Shown one piece after another: positions 36,231-46,094 of a stretch of 64,000 nt of DNA. Position 1 is the first letter of the stretch, and the number at the start of each line of letters is the position of its first letter. The stretch lies in the IMG/VR virus record IMGVR_UViG_3300032030_000005, positions 160,001-224,000 of that record. One strand, written 5' to 3'. A program made the translations under genes and the position numbers. Under the pieces are notes generated by a model. The model was not told the DNA's origin and ran no database searches. It saw only the letters and a list, made by a program, of their open reading frames with translations. The stretch comes from a virus. Its lineage: Duplodnaviria; Caudoviricetes.

Positions 36231-36267
36231 TTAATCTTTATAGATTATTTATATTTTGTAATTATTT

Positions 36268-36298
36268 TTCCCTAAAGAACTAATAGTTCTTTAGGGAA
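36268..36298. terminator. bidirectional CCCTAAAG-family hairpin ending the tRNA cluster
   Basis: TTCCCTAAAGAACTA/TAGTTCTTTAGGGAA plus T-run. Confidence 0.8.
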
Positions 36299-36306
36299 TT
36301 TTTTTT

Positions 36307-37311
36307 TTATCTCTTTGATTTCTTATAAGCATCCATAATACGTTTTCTATCTTGCGGTCTTAATCTACTATATAATGAGATGTATCCAGCAGCTTCTTCT
36401 GGATTTACAGCAGAACCCGGAAGGAACTTATTCTTTCTATAGAATACTCCGCCTTCAGTACCATATTCACCGCCAATTAAACCACCAGTGATCTTTTTAC
36501 CAGTATCAAGATATGCTTTAATAGCAGCAATACGTTCTGGACCATTACCCATTTGATACATTGCTAATAAATCACCTTTAATATCATGACCACCAATAAT
36601 AGGGAATGGATTTGTCTTAATATCATTCATTGCATCATTAAAGCCTTCTAAGAATGCATCTTCATATTCATTATCGAAATCAGCTTCATTTTCAATATCA
36701 TCATAGATATCATAATTTGTATTATTTTCCATTTCATTTAAAGCATCATAATATCCTTGTATATATGCTTCATCAAAAGGTTTTTTATCCATAGCTTCTT
36801 TTCCTTTCTTATCAAGAATATATTTTCCAGCTAAAATACCACCAGTAACTAATGCACCACCAGCAACAGCAGCACCAGTCATATTTCTTTTTGCACGTTT
36901 TTCAGCTTTTGAATTTATTTCTTTTTGACGTTTCTCATTATTTGATAAGTTAATATTTGTTTTAATCATACCTAATCTTACTTTAGACTTTTTTCTCTTT
37001 TTATTTATTTCATTTCTTAAATCATCAGCAGTTTTAGTATTACCATTACCATTTTTCTCAAGAACTTTTAAACGATGTTTAAGCTGTGCTAATTCTTTAG
37101 CTTCTTTTGAAGTCATTGTTACTTTCATATTTTTTGCTTTTTCAGAAGCAGATGATAAACTCTTATGTTCTTTTTCTAATTTATTTAGCTCATCTCGTTC
37201 AGCTTTAGTTTTACCAGTTTTCCAATATTTAATATTATCACCAATTTTATCTTTAAAACCTTCATTCATCGGTTCATATAAAAAATCTTTATAGTTCACG
37301 TATGTCACCAA
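36307..37311 (-). CDS. putative internal head protein (basic coiled coil, Gly/Ala hydrophobic segment, acidic segment)
   Basis: MNE|GF candidate cleavage site, GAAVAGGALVTGGILAG, GYYDALNE motif; late motif at about 37334-37345(-). Confidence 0.6.
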   Translation of the reverse strand: MVTYVNYKDFLYEPMNEGFKDKIGDNIKYWKTGKTKAERDELNKLEKEHKSLSSASEKAKNMKVTMTSKEAKELAQLKHRLKVLEKNGNGNTKTADDLRNEINKKRKKSKVRLGMIKTNINLSNNEKRQKEINSKAEKRAKRNMTGAAVAGGALVTGGILAGKYILDKKGKEAMDKKPFDEAYIQGYYDALNEMENNTNYDIYDDIENEADFDNEYEDAFLEGFNDAMNDIKTNPFPIIGGHDIKGDLLAMYQMGNGPERIAAIKAYLDTGKKITGGLIGGEYGTEGGVFYRKNKFLPGSAVNPEEAAGYISLYSRLRPQDRKRIMDAYKKSKR

Positions 37312-37419
37312 CTTTCATTTTATTTTTTAAATATATATTATTGTTGTGTAAGAATTCATAGAATATTTATAAATCTATGAGAAAACAAATATTTTTATTT
37401 GAAAGGATAGGTAAAAACA

Positions 37420-38583
37420 ATGGCAAAATTTAGTGAACTCAAGGAAGCAGTAGTTAATGTAGCACTTAGCGGAGGTGTTCCATTCATCAGAGGTTTACAT
37501 GGAATAGGTAAATCAGAGATGATGGAAGGCATCGCTGAAGAAATTGGAAATCGTTTAAATAAAGACGTAGTGTTTCACATTATCGATGCAGCTCACCTTA
37601 AGGAAGGTGAGATTACCGGTATGCCAATCACTACGGTGGACAAGGTGACCGGTCAGAAGATAAACGATTATACACTGTACCATGTCTTCAATGAGATAAT
37701 GAAAGAGTCTCAGGAAGGACAGATTTCTGTATTAGCTGTTGATGAAGTTAACAGAACTGAATTAACAGTTTTTAATGAACTCATGCCAATCATTTTGGCA
37801 AAGAGAGTTCAGGAAACACAGCTTCCTGATTCTCTTTATATTATTGCGGCTGGTAATCCAGAAGACATTACTCAGTATAAGGGTGCTACTGAAGACTATA
37901 ATGTAAGACCGATGGACCCGGCCTTAAAAGATAGGTTTTTTATCTTTGATCTTGAGGTTGACAGCATGGAGTGGCTGAAGTGGGCAACCACTTCAAAGAG
38001 AGTTGATATGGACGTAGTAGAGTATATTTCTGAATATTCTAATATGCTTCACTTCCTTAGTAATAAGGAAGTAAACCCGACACCTAGAGGTTGGGTGTTA
38101 TTCTCAGATGCTTATAGAACTATAAAGAAGTATGTTAAGGATCCAGATGAACTTGAAAATACTGTCATCCTTGTAGGTGGTGGTAAGATCGGTACGGATG
38201 CGGCAACTAATTTCGTGAGATTCCTCAGAGAATCAAAGAATCCATTGCTTAAAGTAAAAGATTTCTTTGATGCTAGCGTCTCAGAGAAAAAATTCTCTGA
38301 AAATCTTGAAAAACTTAAGAAAGAGAAGGCTACAAGACAGTATGTAACTGTCACAAACGTTCTCGAATATTTCTTAGGCACATATGAGGGTAAGACAACC
38401 CTCAAGAAAAATGAGAAGGCGGATCTCCTTAAGCGTTTCACTGAAATACTTTGGGTTCTTCCTAAAGACATCATGCTCGGCACAATTAAAGAAATTAAGG
38501 AGAGAAACAGAACTGCCTTAACAGAAGTCGTTGCAGTTGATCCTAAGAAAATAATAGAAATTCAGCAGTACATCTCAGGCTAA
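37420..38583 (+). CDS. MoxR-like AAA+ ATPase
   Basis: Walker A GLHGIGKS, Walker B LAVDEVNR, AAGNP, DPALKDRF, TPRGW. Confidence 0.9.
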   Translation: MAKFSELKEAVVNVALSGGVPFIRGLHGIGKSEMMEGIAEEIGNRLNKDVVFHIIDAAHLKEGEITGMPITTVDKVTGQKINDYTLYHVFNEIMKESQEGQISVLAVDEVNRTELTVFNELMPIILAKRVQETQLPDSLYIIAAGNPEDITQYKGATEDYNVRPMDPALKDRFFIFDLEVDSMEWLKWATTSKRVDMDVVEYISEYSNMLHFLSNKEVNPTPRGWVLFSDAYRTIKKYVKDPDELENTVILVGGGKIGTDAATNFVRFLRESKNPLLKVKDFFDASVSEKKFSENLEKLKKEKATRQYVTVTNVLEYFLGTYEGKTTLKKNEKADLLKRFTEILWVLPKDIMLGTIKEIKERNRTALTEVVAVDPKKIIEIQQYISG

Positions 38584-38672
38584 TCTGAATAATCGATTAT
38601 TTATTTGACTTAAGAAGGGAAAGTTTTATACTTCCCTTCTTTTTTTATCTATTAAAGAAAGGAATTTAAATT

Positions 38673-40124
38673 ATGACTAAAAAAGAAGAAAAAACCATAT
38701 CATTAAAAAAATTAATTGACTATGTGGATTATTATACACCAGAATTCATGCCATCATTAATATTTTCTAAACATTTTGGTAGAGATAATTCATTAACTGC
38801 TCCAGATATGAATATCGATGTTTTTTATAATAGAGTTAAAACAAATATCGATAAATTTAATAACCTCCCTATATCATTGGAAAATTATAAATTAGTAAAA
38901 GGAAAAGATATTTATTTAAAAGAAAATATAGGTAATATACTTACAATAGATGATAAAGAAATGTATGTTTTAAAATTATTCATGTTTATGAGCTGTTTCT
39001 ATGATCCAACAGAAAATATATTAGAACGAATATATAGTCCTAACTTAGATGAGCTATCACCTATTTATTGGAGTGGATTACAATATAAGTCAAGACAACT
39101 CTATTCTATAGATGATAATTTTATTGATACTTTCTTTAAAACATTAAAAGAAAATGATTCAAAAAAGTTAATAAAAACTAAAAAAGCATTTTTCGTATAT
39201 TCTTTAATGCAAACACTTATAAATGAAACCACCAGTAGTTATCTAATGGATTGTGCTAATATTATTTATAATGCTATAAAAGATGAAAAAAATGAAGAAT
39301 TCAGTATATATACTGAATTAAGAGAATATTTATTAAATAATAGAAACTTATTAGATATGGAATTATTAAAAAAATATATAGATGAAACATATGATAGTCT
39401 ACTTAGATGTAGAAATTATAGATCACTAAATGTACTATATACTGTTTATGCTAATGGTAATAATATTTTAGAAAAAAATTATTTGAGGAGTTTAATATTA
39501 GTATCTGAAAATACATATGTATCTTTAACTCTTAAAGATGTATCAATACCACAGTTGGTATCAGATATTCATAAAGACTACACTGAATGTAATATAACTA
39601 TGTCAGAAGTAGAAGAAATTATTAAAACACAATTTGTAAATATGGCAGATGTTATATTAACTAAACATAAAAAAAGTATTTTATCAGATTATAAAAATAT
39701 ATTTAAGGATTTAGTATTATATCTAAAACAGATGGAATATGTTTTTAATATTTATAAAAATGTATTTAAAGTAAAATATAATATTGATGATATAAATAAT
39801 ATAGAAATAAATATAGAAAATATTAAAAAACATTTTATGAAAATATATTTAAATAATAAAGATGATTTATCTGGAATTGTAAATAATCTTTTAAGTTCAA
39901 GTCTTAAAAGAGATTTTTATAAAACAGAAAATATAGTTCAGCCTAGCTTATGGTTTAATTCATCTGATAAAAATTTTAAAAGAATACTTTATTTTGAGTT
40001 AATAATAGATATAAAAAATAAAATAAAAGAATTAATTGATGAAGATAAAGATCCAGTCAAAGAATTAGGAATAACTAAAAATAATATGGCTGAATTGATT
40101 TTAACTTTTGATAATAATAAATAA
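38673..40124 (+). CDS. hypothetical protein, MoxR/vWA-associated family member 1
   Basis: 483 aa; C-terminus ELGITKNNMAELILTF. Confidence 0.75.
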   Translation: MTKKEEKTISLKKLIDYVDYYTPEFMPSLIFSKHFGRDNSLTAPDMNIDVFYNRVKTNIDKFNNLPISLENYKLVKGKDIYLKENIGNILTIDDKEMYVLKLFMFMSCFYDPTENILERIYSPNLDELSPIYWSGLQYKSRQLYSIDDNFIDTFFKTLKENDSKKLIKTKKAFFVYSLMQTLINETTSSYLMDCANIIYNAIKDEKNEEFSIYTELREYLLNNRNLLDMELLKKYIDETYDSLLRCRNYRSLNVLYTVYANGNNILEKNYLRSLILVSENTYVSLTLKDVSIPQLVSDIHKDYTECNITMSEVEEIIKTQFVNMADVILTKHKKSILSDYKNIFKDLVLYLKQMEYVFNIYKNVFKVKYNIDDINNIEINIENIKKHFMKIYLNNKDDLSGIVNNLLSSSLKRDFYKTENIVQPSLWFNSSDKNFKRILYFELIIDIKNKIKELIDEDKDPVKELGITKNNMAELILTFDNNK

Positions 40125-40184
40125 ATATATATTATTATTGTGTACGTTTAAGCCATTATAAATTATGAAAGGAAAGGTACAAAC

Positions 40185-41897
40185 ATGGCTAATATAAGAA
40201 ACAATGAAGCATTCAAGCAGTTATATGCTTCAATCAAAAAGCGTCTTGAAGAGGGTGTAAACCCAAGAACTGATAAGGCTCTTGAAGGAGATATTCAGGA
40301 GGCAATGGCAAATATTATCCTGTCAATTGAATTAGGTAAAGATGACGAGGCATTCTGCGGAATGTTTCTTCCAAGACTGAATAGAGAGTATAATTACTCT
40401 TATCCAGCAGCGGCGGCGATAACAATTATCAACGCTACACCAACGATTATCTTTAACCCGATAATCTTATTCCAGATGTGCGAGGGATATACTGATGTAT
40501 CTACTATTATACAGCATGAGATTTATCATCTTATCTTCAAGCACCTTCTTGAATCAAGAAGATATCCAGACCACAAGCGTTGCAATGTGGCTATGGATAC
40601 TTCAGTAAACCAGTATATCACTTTTAGTGATAATCTGGCAAAACAGTGTTACACACTTAAAAATTTCAATCAAGAAATGCAGTGTAATGCTGAAGAAAAA
40701 AGGGAGTTTGAGTATTATTATAACTTGATTCCTGAAAAACATTTTCAGAATCAGGGTATGAACATGCTCAAACAGCTCCTCGATCGTCTCAAGGACTTAC
40801 AGGATGAAAAGTCCAAGAGAGAAAATGGAGAAGGAGGATCTGGATCTGGAGATTCTAATTCTGAAGGGGAAAGTGAAGATTCTAATGAAAATGATGAATC
40901 TAACTCTAATTCAGGAAAAGGAGAATCTAAAAAAGAAGGAGAACCTAATGAAAAAGAAGGTTCTGGTTCTGGAGAAGGAGACTCTGAAGAAAAAGATGAA
41001 CAGAGTTCTGGTTCAGGAGATTCTAAAGAATCAGAAGAAGTCTCTGAGAATAAATCATCTAGTTCTAAAAAGCCGTCAGATATGACAGATAAAGAAATAG
41101 ATGATGAAATCAAAGACATCATCGAAGCAATCAAGAAGATGATCCAGAATGGAAAAATTTCCAATGATATTACTGAATCAGTAGAAGGATCTTCAAATGA
41201 GCTTACTGCTGCTGAAAAACTTACTCTTGAAGATTTAGTAAAGGGTACATTGGAATCAGCAAAGCAGAGAGGTAAAATTCCGGGAAATATTTCTGGAATG
41301 ATCGAAGATCTGTATTTCAAGGATCCAATCATCTCTTGGAAAAAAGAATTTAGAAATATGATTGGATCTATTCCATGCCCTTATAAAACTACCATGAGGG
41401 TAAAAAATCGAAGGCAGCCGCAAAGAGCTGATATATCTGGAAGAGTTTATGACCGTAAGGTCAAGATTTGTATTGCGATAGATACATCAGGATCAGTTGA
41501 TGACAATCAGCTGATGTATTTCTTTAACGAGATTTTCCATCTCACAAAGGATTACAACACAATTATTACACTCATCCAGTGTGATGCAAATATCTCATCT
41601 GTGACTACATTAAAAGATAAGAAAGATGTAAAGAAAATTAAAGTAACCGGCAGAGGTGGTACATCTTTCACTCCAGTATTTGAGTATCTTAAAAATGATG
41701 TAAAGAAATTAGATCAGCCAGATCTATTAATTTACTTCACAGATGGATATGGAGAAGGTGAGATTGATGTAAATCTTAGAGGACGTTATGACCTTATGTG
41801 GGTTATATCAGGACTCAAGGATGAATTATCAGTAAGAACACCTTCATTCATTAATAAGGTAAGATACTTGAATATTGAAGGTAAACAGTACAGGTAA
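40185..41897 (+). CDS. DUF2201-like protein: HExxH metallopeptidase-like domain, acidic S/E/G linker, vWA domain
   Basis: HEIYHLIFKH, NVAMD..VNQ, MIDAS IDTSGS, GRGGTSF, YFTDGYG. Confidence 0.9.
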   Translation: MANIRNNEAFKQLYASIKKRLEEGVNPRTDKALEGDIQEAMANIILSIELGKDDEAFCGMFLPRLNREYNYSYPAAAAITIINATPTIIFNPIILFQMCEGYTDVSTIIQHEIYHLIFKHLLESRRYPDHKRCNVAMDTSVNQYITFSDNLAKQCYTLKNFNQEMQCNAEEKREFEYYYNLIPEKHFQNQGMNMLKQLLDRLKDLQDEKSKRENGEGGSGSGDSNSEGESEDSNENDESNSNSGKGESKKEGEPNEKEGSGSGEGDSEEKDEQSSGSGDSKESEEVSENKSSSSKKPSDMTDKEIDDEIKDIIEAIKKMIQNGKISNDITESVEGSSNELTAAEKLTLEDLVKGTLESAKQRGKIPGNISGMIEDLYFKDPIISWKKEFRNMIGSIPCPYKTTMRVKNRRQPQRADISGRVYDRKVKICIAIDTSGSVDDNQLMYFFNEIFHLTKDYNTIITLIQCDANISSVTTLKDKKDVKKIKVTGRGGTSFTPVFEYLKNDVKKLDQPDLLIYFTDGYGEGEIDVNLRGRYDLMWVISGLKDELSVRTPSFINKVRYLNIEGKQYR

Positions 41898-41962
41898 TAA
41901 TTTAAGCCATAGGATTTATATAAATCCTATGGCTTTTTATTTTTTATAAGGAGGAAAAAATC

Positions 41963-43351
41963 ATGGGACACATGGGTTATTCTTATGTAACATCGGCATT
42001 ATATATTGAATTAAAAAATATAAATAGCATAAATAGAAACGGAAAATGGGAAGCCTATCTTAATTATGGCGGCCATAATCGAATATTTTTAAATAAAAAT
42101 TATGATTTGGTAATAAGACAAGACCAACCAACAAGCTATGAAGAAAATTTTAATATGAATGAAATAACCGCTCGTTCATACAACTGTTCATTTGATGTTG
42201 AAAAATTAATCTTTAATAAGCTTCTTGAAAAGCATGGAAAAGAGTTTTTTATCAATAATCCTAAATTTGATTTAAAAGTGTATGTTTCTGAAGAACAGCA
42301 CCATAACAACGAATATACAGATGTTATGCATAAATTAAACGCTTATAACTTAATATTTTATATTAAAAATAAAAATAATGAAGATGAAGTATTTCCATAT
42401 ATTTTAGATTTCAATACTTATAAACTGATTAAATGGCATGCTCATGTTACAACAGAAGAGTTATTTAACTATGCGTTTACAGATTGCCCATATCAAGACA
42501 ATGGACTGGTATGCTCATATAAAAAATTAAATTTAAATTCTGATGAACCATATGAATTATGCTATACAGACAGTAAAATATATGATGTATTATCATTTTC
42601 GCAGAATCCTGTATTAATGAGTGTGATTTTAAATCAGATATTGGAAAATAATGGTATTCAGATATCTGATATAAATGAAATAACTAAAATTAGTTATCTC
42701 AGAAGTTATAGTATTATTTTAACATATATTGGAACGAGAAATGCTGATGTTAAAAAAGGTATTACCAATATATATAATACTAATAATAGATATAGATATG
42801 GAAATGGTAATAATCCAGAAGAACGAATATTTTTAAATTGTACATTTGATAAATATTTAAATAGTAATATTCATGGTTATGATGGTTATAAAAATAGAGT
42901 GGAAAGATGGTTACATAATAATCCTTTGGAGAATGCATTAAAATTATGTGACTATTATATTAGTTATTGTGTTGCATATATATGTGGAACACCTATTGAA
43001 TTTAATAAAGAACATAAGGATTCTGAATTATATAGTGAAATTGAAAGATCTCTTAATTATAAAAGATTGAAAAAGGATAACCCAAAATCAGAATTATTAA
43101 AATTCTGGGATGAACAATATAAAACTTTTAAAGATGCTTTTGATCTTATAAATTATAAAGATTTGAAAATTAGTTTTAATAAGTATTATAGGCTATACAA
43201 AACATTGACAACATCTAAGACTATTGATAAATATATACTTCGAAAGATGTTAATCCAAAAGATTAAAGAAGATACTGCTAATGGAGTAGATGTAATAGTC
43301 GAATATCAAATTAGCAAAAATAACTTAGCAGAAATTTTAGTGGAGGTATGA
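41963..43351 (+). CDS. hypothetical protein, MoxR/vWA-associated family member 2
   Basis: 462 aa; C-terminus EYQISKNNLAEILVEV. Confidence 0.75.
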   Translation: MGHMGYSYVTSALYIELKNINSINRNGKWEAYLNYGGHNRIFLNKNYDLVIRQDQPTSYEENFNMNEITARSYNCSFDVEKLIFNKLLEKHGKEFFINNPKFDLKVYVSEEQHHNNEYTDVMHKLNAYNLIFYIKNKNNEDEVFPYILDFNTYKLIKWHAHVTTEELFNYAFTDCPYQDNGLVCSYKKLNLNSDEPYELCYTDSKIYDVLSFSQNPVLMSVILNQILENNGIQISDINEITKISYLRSYSIILTYIGTRNADVKKGITNIYNTNNRYRYGNGNNPEERIFLNCTFDKYLNSNIHGYDGYKNRVERWLHNNPLENALKLCDYYISYCVAYICGTPIEFNKEHKDSELYSEIERSLNYKRLKKDNPKSELLKFWDEQYKTFKDAFDLINYKDLKISFNKYYRLYKTLTTSKTIDKYILRKMLIQKIKEDTANGVDVIVEYQISKNNLAEILVEV

Positions 43352-44628
43352 TTATGGCAAAAAAAGCAGTAAAAGCAATAACTATTAACGATATAACTGA
43401 AAACCAAACAACTATGAGTTTTTTAATAAATAAAGTAAAAGATATATTTGATGCAGATCCAAATATCTATAATAATGGAGGATTTTATAAATTTATAGAT
43501 TTTGATAATGATTATATGAATATAGAAAAAATTATAAATGATTATTTAAATGATAATAAATCGAAGCTATACAATGAAACATATAGTAGTTTAAGAACAG
43601 TAAGTAAACCTAAAAGAGGAGAACTATATAGACTTGATGAATATGAAAATGATTTTGAAAAAATCTTTTTCAACTATATATTTTATATATATGCTTTTAA
43701 GGACGTAATATATACACGTACTTCAGGTATGAGTAATCTATACATTTATGGTGATGAAAAGATTGATGGTGCAATTAGCACTTTTTATAATAATCTTCTT
43801 TCATGTAACGGTATATATACATTAGATATGGAACTTTCAAAAAATAATTCCTTTGATGATCTAACAAACGCTGAACGTAAAATTGCAAAGCACATGTATA
43901 AATATTTATTTGACAATATAAAATTATTTGATAGGTTTATGATTAAAAAAATGCTTTTATTATTTGCTTCTGAAGCAACAGCAATGGCAACAAGGTATGT
44001 TAATTACTCACCACAGTCAGTACTTAGTTCTATTAATTGGAGATATTATCGTAAACTGAATGCTCTTACAATCCCAGATACTTGTATAGATAGTTTAAAA
44101 AATATAATGCAGCTCAATTTTAACCGGCTAAATAAAGATTTTTGTTGTTATATATACAAATTAAAGAAATCATATTATGATTTCTATTTTGAGTATTATA
44201 TTATAATGCCTTTAAAAATTAAAACAACTTTTGAAAATTATGCCGTATATTATAAAGCAACTGGTAGATACAATAATTTAAAAAAGCTTGTTAAAAAAGT
44301 TGATACTAAGGCAAAGAACAATATAAAAAATTTAACTAATAAGCAGTTAATTTCATTGATAAATGAAAGAATTAACCGTTTATTAAAAACAAGTGTATTT
44401 AAGTCTTATAAATATGTTAATAGAGTTCCATTAACTAGTTCTACTGTAGCTTTAAATAATCATTACTCATATATCTGTAAGAGTACATTAAAAGATGAAA
44501 GAAATCTTAAAATTCTTTTAATGTTTGCTTATCAGATAACAAAAGAAGTTAATAAATCAGTAGATATTAATGAAAAATATCATATTAAAAAATCATTAAT
44601 ATCACAATTATTAACGATAACACTTTAA
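43348..44628 (+). CDS. hypothetical protein, MoxR/vWA-associated family member 3
   Basis: 426 aa; C-terminus KYHIKKSLISQLLTITL. Confidence 0.75.
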   Translation: MIMAKKAVKAITINDITENQTTMSFLINKVKDIFDADPNIYNNGGFYKFIDFDNDYMNIEKIINDYLNDNKSKLYNETYSSLRTVSKPKRGELYRLDEYENDFEKIFFNYIFYIYAFKDVIYTRTSGMSNLYIYGDEKIDGAISTFYNNLLSCNGIYTLDMELSKNNSFDDLTNAERKIAKHMYKYLFDNIKLFDRFMIKKMLLLFASEATAMATRYVNYSPQSVLSSINWRYYRKLNALTIPDTCIDSLKNIMQLNFNRLNKDFCCYIYKLKKSYYDFYFEYYIIMPLKIKTTFENYAVYYKATGRYNNLKKLVKKVDTKAKNNIKNLTNKQLISLINERINRLLKTSVFKSYKYVNRVPLTSSTVALNNHYSYICKSTLKDERNLKILLMFAYQITKEVNKSVDINEKYHIKKSLISQLLTITL

Positions 44629-44682
44629 TGTAAATTCTCTCCTAGGCTTCTAGGAGAGAATTTTTTTAAGAAAGGAATTATT

Positions 44683-46056
44683 ATGGCAAATTCAATTGAA
44701 AAAATCTTAAATAATTTTAAAGTTTATAATGAATATTTTTCTCCATTATATTGTCTGGATAACAGTGAAAGTGATATTCGAATTTTAACAGACTATATAA
44801 AGTCTAATGAATCATCAGCATATACTATGCATAATCCAATAACAATAAATAATGATGAGTATTTTGAATTAATAGATAAAGTTATTGATAGATATCATTA
44901 TTACGCTTCAAATTATATTGAAAAGATAATTAAAAAATATAATAAGATACATTCGAATTTAAATGGTAAAGAAATCTATGCTATGATGTTTGTATTTTTA
45001 TTATTATTAAACAGAGATTATTTTAGAATATATCAAGAAAGATATGATTCAAATACATTAAAAGAATATTTAAATAGTAATAATATAATGAAATTATTAT
45101 CAGAAGTTTCTGAAGCTACTTGTGAGCTATTTAAAGTTGTAACTAATCGGACATTAATAGAACATTTTTATCCTGTAGATGAGACAACATGTTATAGATA
45201 TAATTTTGATATAGACAAAATTAATTGTCCTTTAATGACACAGAGTATATTTGTTAAACCATTTAGAGAAATTTTCTATAGAATGTATAATTATTTATTT
45301 GAATTTAAAAATTTATTTGATGAAGATATTGCGTATAATGTATTTGATCTATTCTTTAATAGTAATTATAAGCATACTAATATAAATAGACAAGGTAATG
45401 TAATTGATTATATGTATTTAATTAAAGAAGATAGTATTGGTATAAAAAAAGAATTTAAGCATGGAAGTATATTTACAGATAGTATTTTCAAGGAATTAAG
45501 TAAGTTGAATCCAATTGATTTAAACATAGAAATTTATGATAAAACGTATCCCCTCCAACAGGAAGATGATACTATTCCAATCGATACCATTAAAGTTATA
45601 TTTGATAAAGTTATTAATGAAATAAATATAGATATGAGAAGAACATTCCACATATTGATAAATGATTTTATATTTAGATTATCTGGTTTTATTTTCTATG
45701 AACCACTGAATAGTTTTAAATATTTTGTAGAAGGTGAAATGTTAGATATATGTTTTTCATGCGATAATTTATTCGATATTATCGTTAATTTAAAGGAATA
45801 TCAAAAGAGAATTTTTGAATTTATTAAAAATGGTAAATTTAAAAAATTAGATAACTATATTAATAGGCTTATAGCAAGAGAACTATATGATCCTAAACAT
45901 TTAACATCTCATATATATAATCCAGGAATATCAACTGAAATGGGGCAATGGATTATAAAAATGTTAAAAAAGGACGTGCATAAAAATCCAGATGGTGCTA
46001 TTAATGATTATAGATTATCTAAAAAAATAGTTAGTGAATTAATAGTTGAAGTTTAA
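44683..46056 (+). CDS. hypothetical protein, MoxR/vWA-associated family member 4
   Basis: 457 aa; C-terminus DYRLSKKIVSELIVEV. Confidence 0.75.
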   Translation: MANSIEKILNNFKVYNEYFSPLYCLDNSESDIRILTDYIKSNESSAYTMHNPITINNDEYFELIDKVIDRYHYYASNYIEKIIKKYNKIHSNLNGKEIYAMMFVFLLLLNRDYFRIYQERYDSNTLKEYLNSNNIMKLLSEVSEATCELFKVVTNRTLIEHFYPVDETTCYRYNFDIDKINCPLMTQSIFVKPFREIFYRMYNYLFEFKNLFDEDIAYNVFDLFFNSNYKHTNINRQGNVIDYMYLIKEDSIGIKKEFKHGSIFTDSIFKELSKLNPIDLNIEIYDKTYPLQQEDDTIPIDTIKVIFDKVINEINIDMRRTFHILINDFIFRLSGFIFYEPLNSFKYFVEGEMLDICFSCDNLFDIIVNLKEYQKRIFEFIKNGKFKKLDNYINRLIARELYDPKHLTSHIYNPGISTEMGQWIIKMLKKDVHKNPDGAINDYRLSKKIVSELIVEV

Positions 46057-46061
46057 AATAT

Positions 46062-46089
46062 AACCCTTAAGGAATTATCCTTAAGGGTT
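46062..46089. terminator. bidirectional CCCTTAAG-family hairpin
   Basis: AACCCTTAAGGA/TCCTTAAGGGTT between convergent genes. Confidence 0.8.
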
Positions 46090-46094
46090 TTTTT

